The notes below the pieces were generated by a model that saw only the letters and a list, made by a program, of their open reading frames with translations, was not told the DNA's origin and searched no databases. The position numbers were made by a program, and so were the translations under genes. Below, piece after piece: positions 9,535 to 19,002 of a stretch of DNA of 64,000 nt; position 1 is the stretch's first letter, and each line of letters begins with the position of its first letter. The stretch comes from an uncultured Acidobacteriota bacterium (GTDB taxonomy: Bacteria; Acidobacteriota; Blastocatellia; Pyrinomonadales; Pyrinomonadaceae), in the NCBI GenBank assembly GCA_963791265.1, contig CAWBSB010000014.1, positions 42,837 through 106,836 of the forward strand, read 5' to 3'.

Positions 9535-10308
9535 ATGAGCACTACTGAAGACGAGAGCAAGAATGCAACCTACGGTTCGTTGCGTCTTGCTCCAACCGCA
9601 GACGATACCATCGAACCGAAATCAAGGCTTCCAAGACAGTTCGTCAGCTTCACTTTTCACCGCATGCGCCCCGAATGGCGCTTGCTCGACGATAGCGTCA
9701 AGGAGCAAGCCAGGCAGGAATTCATTAATGCGCTCGCAGAGTTTCGCCGCGAATTGTTGATTCATACCTATTCGCTCGTGGGACTCAGAACGAACGCCGA
9801 GTTGATGATCTGGCGCATCGGCTACCAGCTTGAGCCGATTCAGGAGATGACGGCGCGTGTCAATCGCACGCAATTGGGAAAGTATATGGAGACGACGCAA
9901 TCCTTTCTTTCGATGACCAAGCGCTCGATATACATAGACAAGGACAATCCTGAGCACGTCGAAGACCGCCTGCATATCGTTCCGGGGAAATCCAAGTATC
10001 TCTTCGTCTACCCGTTCGTGAAAACGCGCGAGTGGTACGCGAAGCCTTCGGACGCGCGACAGGAGATGATGGACGAGCACATCCGCATCGGCTCGAAGTA
10101 TCGCTCGGTCCGGCTGCACACGACCTACTCCTTCGGCTTAGACGATCAGGAGTTCGTCGTCGCCTTTGAGACAGACGAACCATCGGACTTTTTAGACCTT
10201 GTGCAGGAACTACGCGAGACGAAGGCTAGCTCCTTCACGCTGCGCGACACGCCTATGTTCACGTGTCGCCAGCGGACGCTCGCGGAATGCCTGGAAGCAC
10301 TTGGTTAG
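9535..10308 (+). CDS. chlorite dismutase family protein (HemQ/coproheme decarboxylase-like)
   Basis: 257 aa. Size and pattern (YLFVYPFVKTREWY, HTTYSFGLDDQEFVVAFETD) match the Cld/HemQ family. Cld and HemQ cannot be separated by eye. Confidence 0.65.
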   Translation: MSTTEDESKNATYGSLRLAPTADDTIEPKSRLPRQFVSFTFHRMRPEWRLLDDSVKEQARQEFINALAEFRRELLIHTYSLVGLRTNAELMIWRIGYQLEPIQEMTARVNRTQLGKYMETTQSFLSMTKRSIYIDKDNPEHVEDRLHIVPGKSKYLFVYPFVKTREWYAKPSDARQEMMDEHIRIGSKYRSVRLHTTYSFGLDDQEFVVAFETDEPSDFLDLVQELRETKASSFTLRDTPMFTCRQRTLAECLEALG

Positions 10309-10357
10309 AATCAAGGAATAGAGAAAGATTAGAAACGCGAGGCGCGGAGAAGCATCT

Positions 10358-13165
10358 ATGAAGAGCCGGAATCTTTGTCGTTGTTTCTCCGCGTCGTTCT
10401 ATCTTCGCCTCTCGCTGGCATTGATGCTTCTCTCTTTGCCGCTCGTCGCGCAAGTCTCTCCGCCTCTAAGCTCTGATAAACCCGCTCCGCCAGCTCGCTT
10501 TGAATATCTCTGGTATGAAGCGGAGAACATGCGCGGCCTCTCAACGACCGAGCGTCAAGAGCCTGTGATTAACGCCTCATGGATGAATCCATCGCGCGCG
10601 CAATCGCCGGGGTGGGGAATCAACGGGCCGGGCGTTTCCGCCGAATGGTCGCAGGGCGGCGAGAGCGAGTGGAACTCTGCTGCGGCGAGCGCAGATGAAA
10701 CGAAGGCCACGCTCTATCAGGATGTAGAAGTCCCGCGCGCCGGACAGTATAAAGTCTGGGTGCGTTATGCAGATTGGGCGAGCCGCACGGAAAATTTCAC
10801 AGTGCGCGTTACACAGGACGGGCGCGAAGTCTTCCGGCATGAGTTCGGCGCGCGGGACATCCTAGACCCTCACGACGAAGTGAGCATGTACTGGAAGTGG
10901 GCTTTTGCCTGGGACGCTGCAACGGCCACGCTCTCGAAAGGCACGGCGCGCGTCTCGATTGAGATTGAGAAAATCGCAGAAGCGCGACGACACGTTGACT
11001 GCTTTGTTCTGACCAATGATCCCGGCTACGTGCCGCAAGGCAGAAGCAAGCCGGACTTCGCGGCGATGCGTTACCTGCGCGAATGGTCAAGGGAGCGCAC
11101 GCCGCTCGCGCCGCTCGTCGAGCCGTCGTCCAACGTGGATGTCCCAGCCTTGTGGCGTCGCTCTCCCCTCGCCGGACGCGATTTCCTGATGCCCTGGAAC
11201 ATCTCCAAAAAGTTCTGGGAGCTTTACGACAAGACGCCGCCGGAAGAGCGCCCGCTCTATCCTTTCCATGCCGAGCCTATCGAAGAGTTCGTCAAAATCT
11301 ACAAGGGCGCGAAAGACGTTCCCATCTTCGGCTCCAGGCTCGTCGTGCCTGTCATCTACATCAACGATCTGCCGGAACTTTTGAAAGAGGGCAGCCCGTT
11401 CGTTCGCTACCTGCGCGAGACAAAGCAGCCCTTCGCGGTGCTGATTAACTACGGAGCGCTGCGTTGGACGGAGGCCGACCCGGCGGCCCAGGCGCAGGCT
11501 GCTTGGAAATTGTTGACGACTGATTTGCGCGAACAGTTTCTCGGCTGGGTTTCCGGCGAAAGCGTTGGATATGTCTGGGGAGAGTCCGCGACCGAGTTGA
11601 AGATAACGCCGCAGATGTCGCGGCGCGAGTTGCTAGAAGCGCATCGCATCTTTTACACGCGTGCGCTCGAACGTAAATGGGTCAGTACGTTTCACACGCC
11701 GGGGGCGGGCGCGATGTGGGACAAGCTCATCCCGGCGCAAGCGACCTCAAGCACAGCTTACGCGCACGCGCTCGGCGAATGGGGCACGCGCTTAATCGGA
11801 GTAGAAACTGCCGCCGTCCAGCCCAACTTTGCGATGCGGACGGCGTTTACGCGCGGCGCAGCCCGTCAATACGGCGGCAACTTTCTCTATTACCACGCCC
11901 CGAACTTCGGCGACACCGCGACGACCTTCACACAGGCGCAGAACTTCGCCGGGCCGAACAATTTCTTTCACTCGCGGTATGGCGCGACGATGGGGCCATC
12001 GCTCTCGTGGTATCGCAAGAGCTACTATTTTTATTACATGGCGGGAGCATCGGCTATCTACTTGGAGCAGGGGTACGACCAGTTTTTCAAGCCCGGCCCC
12101 GGCGAGCATCCCTTTCAACTGAATCCACTGGGACGCATCACAGACGAGTTCATGCGCTTTGTGGAAAAGCATCCTGATCGCGGCACACCCTATACGCCCA
12201 TCGCCATGCTGCTCGACCCGGCGCACGGCTGGGACATGACGGATTACCCGCACTGGCCATACGGTGTCTCGCAAATTGATAAATCCGATCACGCGCTCAG
12301 AGAGCTTTTCAGCACGATTTATTATCCAGCGTCCGTCACGGAGGGCGAACCCGCAACGGGAGACAGGCAGGCATACGTTGCTTCCGTCTTCGGCGACATC
12401 TTCGATGTGCTGGTCGCCTCAGAGACGCGCAAAGATGCGATTGACGCTTATCGCGCGGTGGTCGTCGGCGGGCGCGTCGAATGGAGTCCCGCGTGGAGTA
12501 AGCGTCTTGAGGATTATGTTCGAAGGGGCGGCGTGCTGGTCGTCAACGCGGCGCAGGCGAAAGGGCTTTCAGCCGAATTGCTCGGCGTTCGCCTCACCGG
12601 AGAGAAAGCGGAAGCGGACGAGGCGAGTTGTCTTTCGCCCGGTGAAGCGGGGACGGATTTGCGCGGACAAGTCTTTCGCTACGAGCGCGTGGAGGCGCGC
12701 AAGGGAACTGAAGTTTTAATCAAGTCGCAGACTGGTGATCCGCTCGTGACCATTAACAAGGTCGGGCGCGGAAAAGTCGTGTTCGTAGCGCTGCCCGATC
12801 TGCTCGGCGAAGACGAGCGCCTGACGCCATTTGTCGCTCACCTGCTCGCGCATCTCTGCGCTGACGCCACACCAGTCCAGGTGCGTGGCGAGGTGCAATA
12901 TCTAGTCAATCGCACGGAGCGCGGCTGGGTCGTGACGCTCATCAACAACAAGGGCGTCTTGAAGCCTCAACAGGGACTGGCGCAAATTGATCGTAGCCAG
13001 AGCGTCGAAGTGAGCTTGAGCCTCAGAGGCAAGGGAATTGCGGAGGCGCGCGAATGGACTGAGGACAAACGCCTGGACATCACACGCGACAGCGGGCAGA
13101 CGAGCGTCAAGCTCAACCTCGCGCCGGGCGGTGTGGCCATCGTTGAAGTGGCAGAGGGGCGTTAA
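10358..13165 (+). CDS. large secreted hypothetical protein (CBM-like N-terminal module)
   Basis: 935-aa ORF with a signal-like N-terminus. An N-terminal roughly 200 aa beta-sandwich-like segment (YEAENMRG...YKVWVRYADW...HVDCFVLTND). The rest is unassigned. Confidence 0.6.
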   Translation: MKSRNLCRCFSASFYLRLSLALMLLSLPLVAQVSPPLSSDKPAPPARFEYLWYEAENMRGLSTTERQEPVINASWMNPSRAQSPGWGINGPGVSAEWSQGGESEWNSAAASADETKATLYQDVEVPRAGQYKVWVRYADWASRTENFTVRVTQDGREVFRHEFGARDILDPHDEVSMYWKWAFAWDAATATLSKGTARVSIEIEKIAEARRHVDCFVLTNDPGYVPQGRSKPDFAAMRYLREWSRERTPLAPLVEPSSNVDVPALWRRSPLAGRDFLMPWNISKKFWELYDKTPPEERPLYPFHAEPIEEFVKIYKGAKDVPIFGSRLVVPVIYINDLPELLKEGSPFVRYLRETKQPFAVLINYGALRWTEADPAAQAQAAWKLLTTDLREQFLGWVSGESVGYVWGESATELKITPQMSRRELLEAHRIFYTRALERKWVSTFHTPGAGAMWDKLIPAQATSSTAYAHALGEWGTRLIGVETAAVQPNFAMRTAFTRGAARQYGGNFLYYHAPNFGDTATTFTQAQNFAGPNNFFHSRYGATMGPSLSWYRKSYYFYYMAGASAIYLEQGYDQFFKPGPGEHPFQLNPLGRITDEFMRFVEKHPDRGTPYTPIAMLLDPAHGWDMTDYPHWPYGVSQIDKSDHALRELFSTIYYPASVTEGEPATGDRQAYVASVFGDIFDVLVASETRKDAIDAYRAVVVGGRVEWSPAWSKRLEDYVRRGGVLVVNAAQAKGLSAELLGVRLTGEKAEADEASCLSPGEAGTDLRGQVFRYERVEARKGTEVLIKSQTGDPLVTINKVGRGKVVFVALPDLLGEDERLTPFVAHLLAHLCADATPVQVRGEVQYLVNRTERGWVVTLINNKGVLKPQQGLAQIDRSQSVEVSLSLRGKGIAEAREWTEDKRLDITRDSGQTSVKLNLAPGGVAIVEVAEGR

Positions 13166-13173
13166 GACCTCAG

Positions 13174-13338
13174 GCGGCTCTGCCGCTTGGGTGTGTGGAA
13201 AGGCTTTGCCTTTCCGTTGAGTGATCTTTATTTTGGTAAGGCTGCGCCTTACCCTTATGAGGCGTAGCCTCATAAAGACCAAATAGAACGGTCGACGGAA
13301 AGCCACAGGCTTTCCGCACAACACGGCGGCAAAGCCGC
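13174..13338. repeat. nested-palindrome element, variant (gcggc/ggaaaggc/gtaaggc/ttatgaggc hairpins)
   Basis: Mirror-ordered small hairpins: gcggctctgccgc, ggaaaggctttgcctttcc, gtaaggctgcgccttac, ttatgaggcgtagcctcataa, ggaaagccacaggctttcc, gcggcaaagccgc. Confidence 0.8.
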
Positions 13339-13442
13339 AAAAGCAATCATCGGTTTCACCTTCTAAGCGAAGAGATGCGACGTGCGCCGCCCTGTGATAT
13401 TCTCCGTCGCGTTTTTCGTTGAGCCGTCAGTTTTTAATAGGG

Positions 13443-13721
13443 ATGATGAAAGTTGCGCGAAAATTTCTGATAAGCGGACAAGTGCAGCGCGTCGGCTATC
13501 GCTTCTTCGCGCAACGCGCCGCAGCCCGCCATCAGGTTCTGGGATACGTGCGAAATCTACCGGATGGCCGAGTCGAAGCGTGGGTCGAAGGCGTGCCCGA
13601 GAGCGTTGAAGCCTTCAAACATGATCTGGCGACCGGCCCGCCCTTCTCTGAAGTCGAAAACATCGAAGAGATCAACGTTGAGCCGACCGGCCACTACTCT
13701 CTCTTTAGGATAGAAAGGTAA
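13443..13721 (+). CDS. acyP: acylphosphatase
   Basis: GQVQRVGYRFFAQRAAARHQVLGYVRNLPDGRVEAWVEG is the acylphosphatase signature. About 92 aa from the ATG at 13443. Confidence 0.85.
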   Translation: MMKVARKFLISGQVQRVGYRFFAQRAAARHQVLGYVRNLPDGRVEAWVEGVPESVEAFKHDLATGPPFSEVENIEEINVEPTGHYSLFRIER

Positions 13722-13723
13722 AG

Positions 13724-13796
13724 CAGTGGTCGGTGGTCAGTGGTCAGTTAAAAAACTGATTCTTACTGACCACTGACAACCGGCCACTGGCCACTG
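13724..13796. repeat. heptamer-repeat hairpin, family B (CAGTGGT / ACCACTG)
   Basis: cagtggt cggtggt cagtggt cagttaaaa ... ctgaccactgacaaccggccactggccactg. It fills the gap from the acyP stop (13719-21) to the apt ATG (13800). Confidence 0.9.
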
Positions 13797-13799
13797 ATT

Positions 13800-14321
13800 A
13801 TGGATAATCTCAAATCGCTAATCCGTGAAGTGCCGGATTTCCCGAAGCCCGGCATTAATTTCTATGACATTACGACGCTGCTCAAGCACCCGGAAGGCTT
13901 GCGGGGCACGGTGGATGCGCTCGCCGCGCAGTTTGAAGGCGAGAAGGTTGACACCGTCATCGGTGTCGAAGCGCGCGGCTTCATCTTCGCTCCGGCGCTC
14001 GCTTACCACCTGAACGCAGGGTTCGTGCCCGTGCGTAAGCCGCGCAAGCTGCCTGCCGAATGTGTCTCCGTCTCTTATGATCTTGAGTACGGGCAGGATA
14101 CTTTGGAGATTCACCGCGACGCCGTAGGCCAGGGGCATCGCGTCATCATCGCCGACGATTTGCTGGCGACGGGCGGAACAGCTAAGGCGGTCGTTGATCT
14201 GGTCGAAGGATTGGGCGGCGTGGTGGCCGGTCTGGTCTTCGTCGTCGAACTTGAATTCCTCCCCGGACGCCAAAAGCTGGAAGGCTACGACGTGCGCTCG
14301 CTGATTAAATATCAGTCTTGA
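13800..14321 (+). CDS. apt: adenine phosphoribosyltransferase
   Basis: [12 protein letters not shown] plus the PRPP motif [16 protein letters not shown]. Confidence 0.92.
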   Translation: MDNLKSLIREVPDFPKPGINFYDITTLLKHPEGLRGTVDALAAQFEGEKVDTVIGVEARGFIFAPALAYHLNAGFVPVRKPRKLPAECVSVSYDLEYGQDTLEIHRDAVGQGHRVIIADDLLATGGTAKAVVDLVEGLGGVVAGLVFVVELEFLPGRQKLEGYDVRSLIKYQS

Positions 14322-14366
14322 GCTGTGCTAAACTTTCCACAGCTTTCATTTTCCGCTGTTTCATGT

Positions 14367-14443
14367 GCTCCCGTAGCTCAGGTGCATAGAGCGACCGCCT
14401 CCTAAGCGGTAGGCCGTTGGTTGGAGTCCAACCGGGAGCACCA
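14367..14443 (+). tRNA. tRNA-Arg (anticodon CCT)
   Basis: 77-nt cloverleaf: GCTCCCG-TA-GCTC-AGGTGCATA-GAGC-G-ACCGC-CTCCTAA-GCGGT-AGGCC-GTTGG-TTGGAGT-CCAAC-CGGGAGC-A-CCA. Confidence 0.9.
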
Positions 14444-14574
14444 TCAAATTTAAGAGTCATGTCCACACGGCGAGTTGCATAGATGGCGCGCGGAGGTTAT
14501 GCTATCAGCAATTGGCGAAAGGTGAATCTTTTCGCCGCGACTGGTTGCTGGGGTGAGGACAGTGACCAGCATTA

Positions 14575-14620
14575 GAACAGGCGCGCGGCCCCAAAAGCTG
14601 CTGCGCCTGTTCGCTTTTTA
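14575..14620 (+). terminator. Rho-independent-type terminator
   Basis: 10-bp GC-rich stem gaacaggcgc / gcgcctgttc followed by gcttttta. Confidence 0.6.
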
Positions 14621-14820
14621 GCACGCGTCTTTTAGAAATGGGGGGTTGGCCTACGGAGCAAGCACCGCACGGAGCCTCTGGTGGCTTAAGTGTCACGTCA
14701 ACGAGTCGTGGGGGTTCGGGAGGCACGGGAATGCGATTGCAAACGCGCGGAGTTGTTAACGAAGATGAGATGGCAGGGAAAAAGGCTCCGAGCTAATTAA
14801 CTAGCAGCCTTTTGAAAACG

Positions 14821-15069
14821 TAGAAGCTGATTAAAAAAAGTCCCGTCAGGGACGACGTGACAATAGCCCAGCCATTTATGGCTGGGATAAAGTTAGAGAG
14901 TAAAACTTGAGTCCCGTAGGGACGATTGAACAAGAGCGAGTCTCTCTTCAGCCGTCCCTACGGGACTCAGATTTTATTTCCTTGTTCTATTCCCAGCGAT
15001 AAATCGCTGGGCTATTATCAATTGTCCCTGACGGGACAGAGAGCCTATAACATTGCAAACAGTTTCTTC
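14821..15069. repeat. nested-palindrome element, main family (copy 1, inverted relative to copies 3/5)
   Basis: tagaagctgatt terminus; gtcccgtcagggac; cccagccatttatggctggg; central gagtcccgtagggacg...cgtccctacgggactc; cccagcgataaatcgctggg; gtccctgacgggac. Confidence 0.9.
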
Positions 15070-15124
15070 GGGATTTCTTCTTTAACAAAGACGAGGCAAG
15101 CAACGTTGCTCTCAACCTATTGCG

Positions 15125-17635
15125 CTACGCAGCCAGAATGCTTCCTTCCTCGATGAAGCTGTCGAGCGCGGGCATCACGATCTGGTAGATATGGCCATCT
15201 GCCAGTAGCTTTGAAGCGCCCTCGACGTTGAGCGGCCTGGAGAAATAGTAGCCCTGCCCGTATTCACATTCCAGCATGGCGAGCTGCGAGAGTTGATCCG
15301 TTGTTTCCACGCCTTCCGCCACGACATCCATCTTCAGGCTGCGAGCCAGCATCAGGATAGTGCGGACGATCTCTGCGTTCTCGTTGTTGTCGCTCATGCG
15401 GCTGACAAACGAACGGTCAATCTTCAACGTGGAGATCGGGAAGCGGTGCAGGTAGCTCAGGGATGAATAGCCCGTGCCGAAATCGTCAATGCTCAATTCG
15501 ATGCCGAGCGCGCGTAGCTGCTCAAGCATCTCGATGGCCGAATCAATGTTCTCCATCACCATGCTTTCCGTAATCTCCAGCTTCAGGCTGTGAGGCTCGA
15601 CGCAGGTCTCTCTGAGCACCTGTCGAATCTGCTCTATCAGGTTCACGTTGATGAACTGTTTGGTCGACAGGTTGACGCTGATCTGAAGCGGCGGATACTG
15701 CGGATACTCCTCCTGCCACAGGTGAATCTGGCGGCAAGCTGCTTCCAGTACCCAGTGGCCGATGGGGATAATCAACCCGGTCTCTTCGGCAATCGGGATG
15801 AACTCGTCCGGGGGAACGAAACCGCGCTCCGGGTGCTGCCAGCGAATGAGAGCCTCGAAGCCGCTGATGGTGCCCGACTCAAGCGCGACAATCGGCTGGT
15901 AGTGGAGAATAAATTCTTTGCGTTCGATGGCGCGGCGCAGGTCTGCTTCCATTTGCAGGAGATTCATCGCGCGGGCGTGCATCGTCTTATCAAAGACTTC
16001 GTGCCGGGCTTTGCCTAGCATCTTGGCGCGATACATCGCCGTGTCGGCGTCGCGCAAGACCTCTTCAGGACGATCATAGCCGGTGCTGCTCAAGGCTATG
16101 CCGATGCTGACGGTGGCGAAGACTTCGTGGCCGTTGAGATTGAAGGGCAGTGCCAGAGCTTTTTGCAGCCGGTCGGCTACGTCTATCGATTCCGTCACAC
16201 TCATCAGGTCTTCGAGCAGGACTGTGAACTCGTCTCCGCCGAGCCGCGCGACCGTGTCGCCGGGGCGCAGGCAGATTTCCAGACGACGTGCGATTCCGAC
16301 CAGCAACTGATCCCCAACCATGTGACCCAGGCTGTCGTTGATAACCTTGAAGCGGTCGAGGTCAAGGAAGAGAACCGCGAAGAGACGATCCTCGCGCCGC
16401 TTGCCGCGCTCGACCGAAAGCTTCAGGTGATCCATGAAGAGGGCGCGATTGGGCAGACCTGTCAGCCCATCATGAAAGGCTTCGTGAAGCAGGCGTTCTT
16501 CGGCACGCTTACGGTCGGTGATGTCCTGAATCTGGAAAATAAGATTGATGGAATTGGTCTGTGAATCACGAATCACCGTGACGCTCAGCAAAGCCCAGAC
16601 GGTGTGCCCTTTCTTGTGCTTGTAGCGCAGCTCCATCTGGTAGGTCGAAGCCTTCTCTTCCAGGAGCTTCCCGACCTGCGACATCATGTCGCCGAGATCG
16701 TCCTCATGCGTGACGGATTGAAAATCGGTCGCCAGCAACTCCTCTTCGGAATAGCCGATCATCTCGCACAGAGAGCGGTTGACTTTAACCCATCTCCCAT
16801 CCGTTGCTACGAGCGCCATCCCGGCTGCGTGGTCGAACGCGCTGCGGAAACGCTCTTCGCTTTCACGTAGCGCCGCGACGTGGCGTTCAGCCTGTTCAGC
16901 TTGCGTGGCAGATGCTTCAACGTTTTTGAGATAGGTGCAGTAGGTTAAATAAACGATGGCGATGATGGGCGTCGTCGCCAGGAAAGCGTAGAAGCCGACC
17001 GCATCAATCAGCTTGGAGATAATGCCTGCGGCGGAAGCTCCTGCGAAATAGGTGAGCGAAGTCCAGAGGAAGCTCTTGCGCCACGTCATCCAGATCGGCA
17101 AATTGTTCTTCAGCGCGACGACTATCGCCACTGTCCCGGAGTTGCTGATGTACTGGACGAGCGCCAGCATACAGATGGCGATGATGTAAGGGGCGGAGTA
17201 GTCGCCGCGCAAAGCTGCGATAGACCCGAAGCAGAGGCGCAAAGCCCAGACGGAAAGGAACGTCGAGAAGGCTGTCGCCGCCATGTTGAAGGTAGTCGTG
17301 AGCGGCTTCTTATTAAGACGGAGCGATGAACAGAGAGCCTCTACTGCCGAGAGCATAATCGCCAGTTCGCCACTGATGAGGAGGAGCGTGAGGAAGATGA
17401 AGGTGTCGGAGACGGAGATGTGTTCCTTAACACTCGGAATCCGAATAGTGATGCGCGAGCCGATGCAGAGCGTGATGATTGTCAGGAAGAGAAAGCGAAT
17501 GTCTACCGAAGCAATGGAGACATTAAACCCGGAGAAGAAAAAGGCCGCCGAGCCAAGGACGATAATCGCCCACATAAATTGTTTGGCGTACTGCTGTCTG
17601 CTCAAGGTTGTTTCCAATCCCTGCGAGGATTGCAT
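15125..17635 (-). CDS. membrane-anchored PAS-GGDEF-EAL protein (c-di-GMP turnover)
   Basis: Multi-TM N-terminus, a PAS segment, an intact GGDEF (RLGGDEFTVLL) with an RPGD I-site-like motif upstream, and an intact EAL (FEALIRW ... DDFGTGYSSL). Confidence 0.9.
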   Translation of the reverse strand: MQSSQGLETTLSRQQYAKQFMWAIIVLGSAAFFFSGFNVSIASVDIRFLFLTIITLCIGSRITIRIPSVKEHISVSDTFIFLTLLLISGELAIMLSAVEALCSSLRLNKKPLTTTFNMAATAFSTFLSVWALRLCFGSIAALRGDYSAPYIIAICMLALVQYISNSGTVAIVVALKNNLPIWMTWRKSFLWTSLTYFAGASAAGIISKLIDAVGFYAFLATTPIIAIVYLTYCTYLKNVEASATQAEQAERHVAALRESEERFRSAFDHAAGMALVATDGRWVKVNRSLCEMIGYSEEELLATDFQSVTHEDDLGDMMSQVGKLLEEKASTYQMELRYKHKKGHTVWALLSVTVIRDSQTNSINLIFQIQDITDRKRAEERLLHEAFHDGLTGLPNRALFMDHLKLSVERGKRREDRLFAVLFLDLDRFKVINDSLGHMVGDQLLVGIARRLEICLRPGDTVARLGGDEFTVLLEDLMSVTESIDVADRLQKALALPFNLNGHEVFATVSIGIALSSTGYDRPEEVLRDADTAMYRAKMLGKARHEVFDKTMHARAMNLLQMEADLRRAIERKEFILHYQPIVALESGTISGFEALIRWQHPERGFVPPDEFIPIAEETGLIIPIGHWVLEAACRQIHLWQEEYPQYPPLQISVNLSTKQFINVNLIEQIRQVLRETCVEPHSLKLEITESMVMENIDSAIEMLEQLRALGIELSIDDFGTGYSSLSYLHRFPISTLKIDRSFVSRMSDNNENAEIVRTILMLARSLKMDVVAEGVETTDQLSQLAMLECEYGQGYYFSRPLNVEGASKLLADGHIYQIVMPALDSFIEEGSILAA

Positions 17636-17821
17636 ATTTATATCCCGGTATCGCTTGTCGGAGTGATTTGTGAGTGGGCGTGCCGGTCAGAAGTGCGACC
17701 TGCAACGCAGACAGATTGCAAGCACTATGCCTGAAAGGATGCAAGTTTATTAAGTCAAGCTATTTCTATGTTTAGTCTCTGAAGGGGAGCTTTGAGCATC
17801 AGTCAGGAGAGGGGAAATCGG

Positions 17822-18346
17822 TCAGCTTGAGCAATCAAGGTCACTCAAATTGATTGACGACCATTCATTTTGCGCGATAGTTGTAGCTTTGCCTCGGAAC
17901 GAGCTGAGTGACGTTCCGTTGAGCAAAAGGGTTCTGTCAGGCAAAGCCCCTTCCGCGCTGTTTGAGTCGCCGTGCGCGCTGTAGAAGTGATTGTTCACAC
18001 TGTATAAGTGCCCGTTCGCAGTGTAAAAGTCATTGTTCACGCTGTAAAAGTTCCCGTTCGCGCTGTAGAAGTCGTCGTTCACGCTGTAGAAGTCGCTGTT
18101 GACGGTGTAGAAGTTCCCGTTGACTGTGTAGAAGTGGTCGTTGACGCTGAATAAGTGAGCGTTCGCGTTGTAAAAGTGAGCGGTGCGACTGTCTGAACAG
18201 GCTGTAACTCTGTCTAAGCGGTTGTTTTGCTTGCACTTATGGGGATAAGGGTGGAATTGCGGGGAAATTAGCAGGGATGAACAGGATAAAAAGCTAAGAA
18301 AGCGGTAGTGTCCTAATTTGAAATTGGAGACTCGTAAGTATGACAC
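17822..18346 (-). CDS. hypothetical heptad-repeat protein ((V/A)N.(H/D/N)FY(S/T) x10); coding status uncertain
   Basis: Only this frame is open across the 21-bp tandem array. Repeat-to-repeat changes include synonymous third positions (ttc/ttt, gtc/gtg, agc/agt), while Asn, Phe and Tyr are conserved. GTG start 5 nt after the XRE stop. No SD, no signal peptide, no internal Met. Confidence 0.45.
   Translation of the reverse strand: MSYLRVSNFKLGHYRFLSFLSCSSLLISPQFHPYPHKCKQNNRLDRVTACSDSRTAHFYNANAHLFSVNDHFYTVNGNFYTVNSDFYSVNDDFYSANGNFYSVNNDFYTANGHLYSVNNHFYSAHGDSNSAEGALPDRTLLLNGTSLSSFRGKATTIAQNEWSSINLSDLDCSS
17978..18187. repeat. tandem array, 10 x 21 bp (consensus about GCTGTAGAAGTNNNNGTTSAC on the + strand)
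   Basis: Units counted at 17978, 17999, 18020 ... 18167, with an exact 21-nt period. Confidence 0.95.
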
Positions 18347-18351
18347 GCCAT

Positions 18352-18627
18352 TTAACGGCGAGAGCGTTTCGACAATCTAGCTGGCAAGTCTAACTCATCA
18401 TCAATCAACACATCTGTACTGACATTCACCAAGCGCGCATATCTCAAAAGAACCGGAAGGGGCGGCTCGCCCGTCCCAAGCTCATAAGCAGAGATGGAAG
18501 TTCGTGACAACCTGTCACCAAGTTCTAGCCTGTGGAGCATCTCATTTTGAGAAAGTCCAAGCGCAAGACGAACCTGTAAAAGTTTCTCTGGTAGCCGCTC
18601 TGATTTGAGACGGGGTAGGCGTGCCAT
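18352..18627 (-). CDS. XRE-family HTH transcriptional regulator (paralog 1)
   Basis: LLQVRLALGLSQNEMLHRL...SISAYELG is a Cro/C1-type HTH. The conserved tail is DVLIDDELDLP. Confidence 0.8.
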   Translation of the reverse strand: MARLPRLKSERLPEKLLQVRLALGLSQNEMLHRLELGDRLSRTSISAYELGTGEPPLPVLLRYARLVNVSTDVLIDDELDLPARLSKRSRR

Positions 18628-19002
18628 CAGAAGTTATCTCCTGATAGCTTGCCCTTAGCCAGAAATGTGGCTACAATCTGCCCGCTCAAATCATCTGCCG
18701 TGAGAATGAGCCTTTCATCTCGCACGGCGATGCTCATTACTTCAATTTGAGGTGTGAGCGACGCATTAGCCGTTGCTTAGTTTTCAAAGACAGAGCGCGT
18801 GGAATATACCACGCTTTTCCTTACACCCTATGACCTCATATCGCTAACAGTTCACTATCAGGGGAACGTGATGGGTGCACGTCCCCTGTGGTCGCACGCC
18901 TGCTATCGTGGAAGAAGTAGGTTGTGCGCCGCAAGGTCGCCGTTTTCCAGTCGCACGCCCGTGCGAAACGGCGGCCTTGCTTTATCTTCTATGCCACCTG
19001 TG

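Noticed and set aside
14444-14820. tmRNA, RNase P RNA or SRP RNA next to the tRNA.
   Set aside because: I could not find the diagnostic motifs: no tRNA-like acceptor/T-arm end with a tag ORF, no GAGGAAAGUCC or ACAGNRA RNase P blocks, and no GGAAGCAGCC SRP motif.
17978-18187. The 21-bp tandem array as a CRISPR array.
   Set aside because: The units are contiguous with no spacers, they are too short, and no cas genes are nearby.
18627-18737. 36-aa ORF (MSIAVRDERLILTADDLSGQIVATFLAKGKLSGDNF) whose TGA overlaps the XRE1 ATG; possible toxin remnant of a HigB/HigA-like pair.
   Set aside because: It is too short, has no recognisable toxin motif and is absent upstream of the XRE paralog. The shared tcaggag upstream of both XRE starts is better read as the SD.
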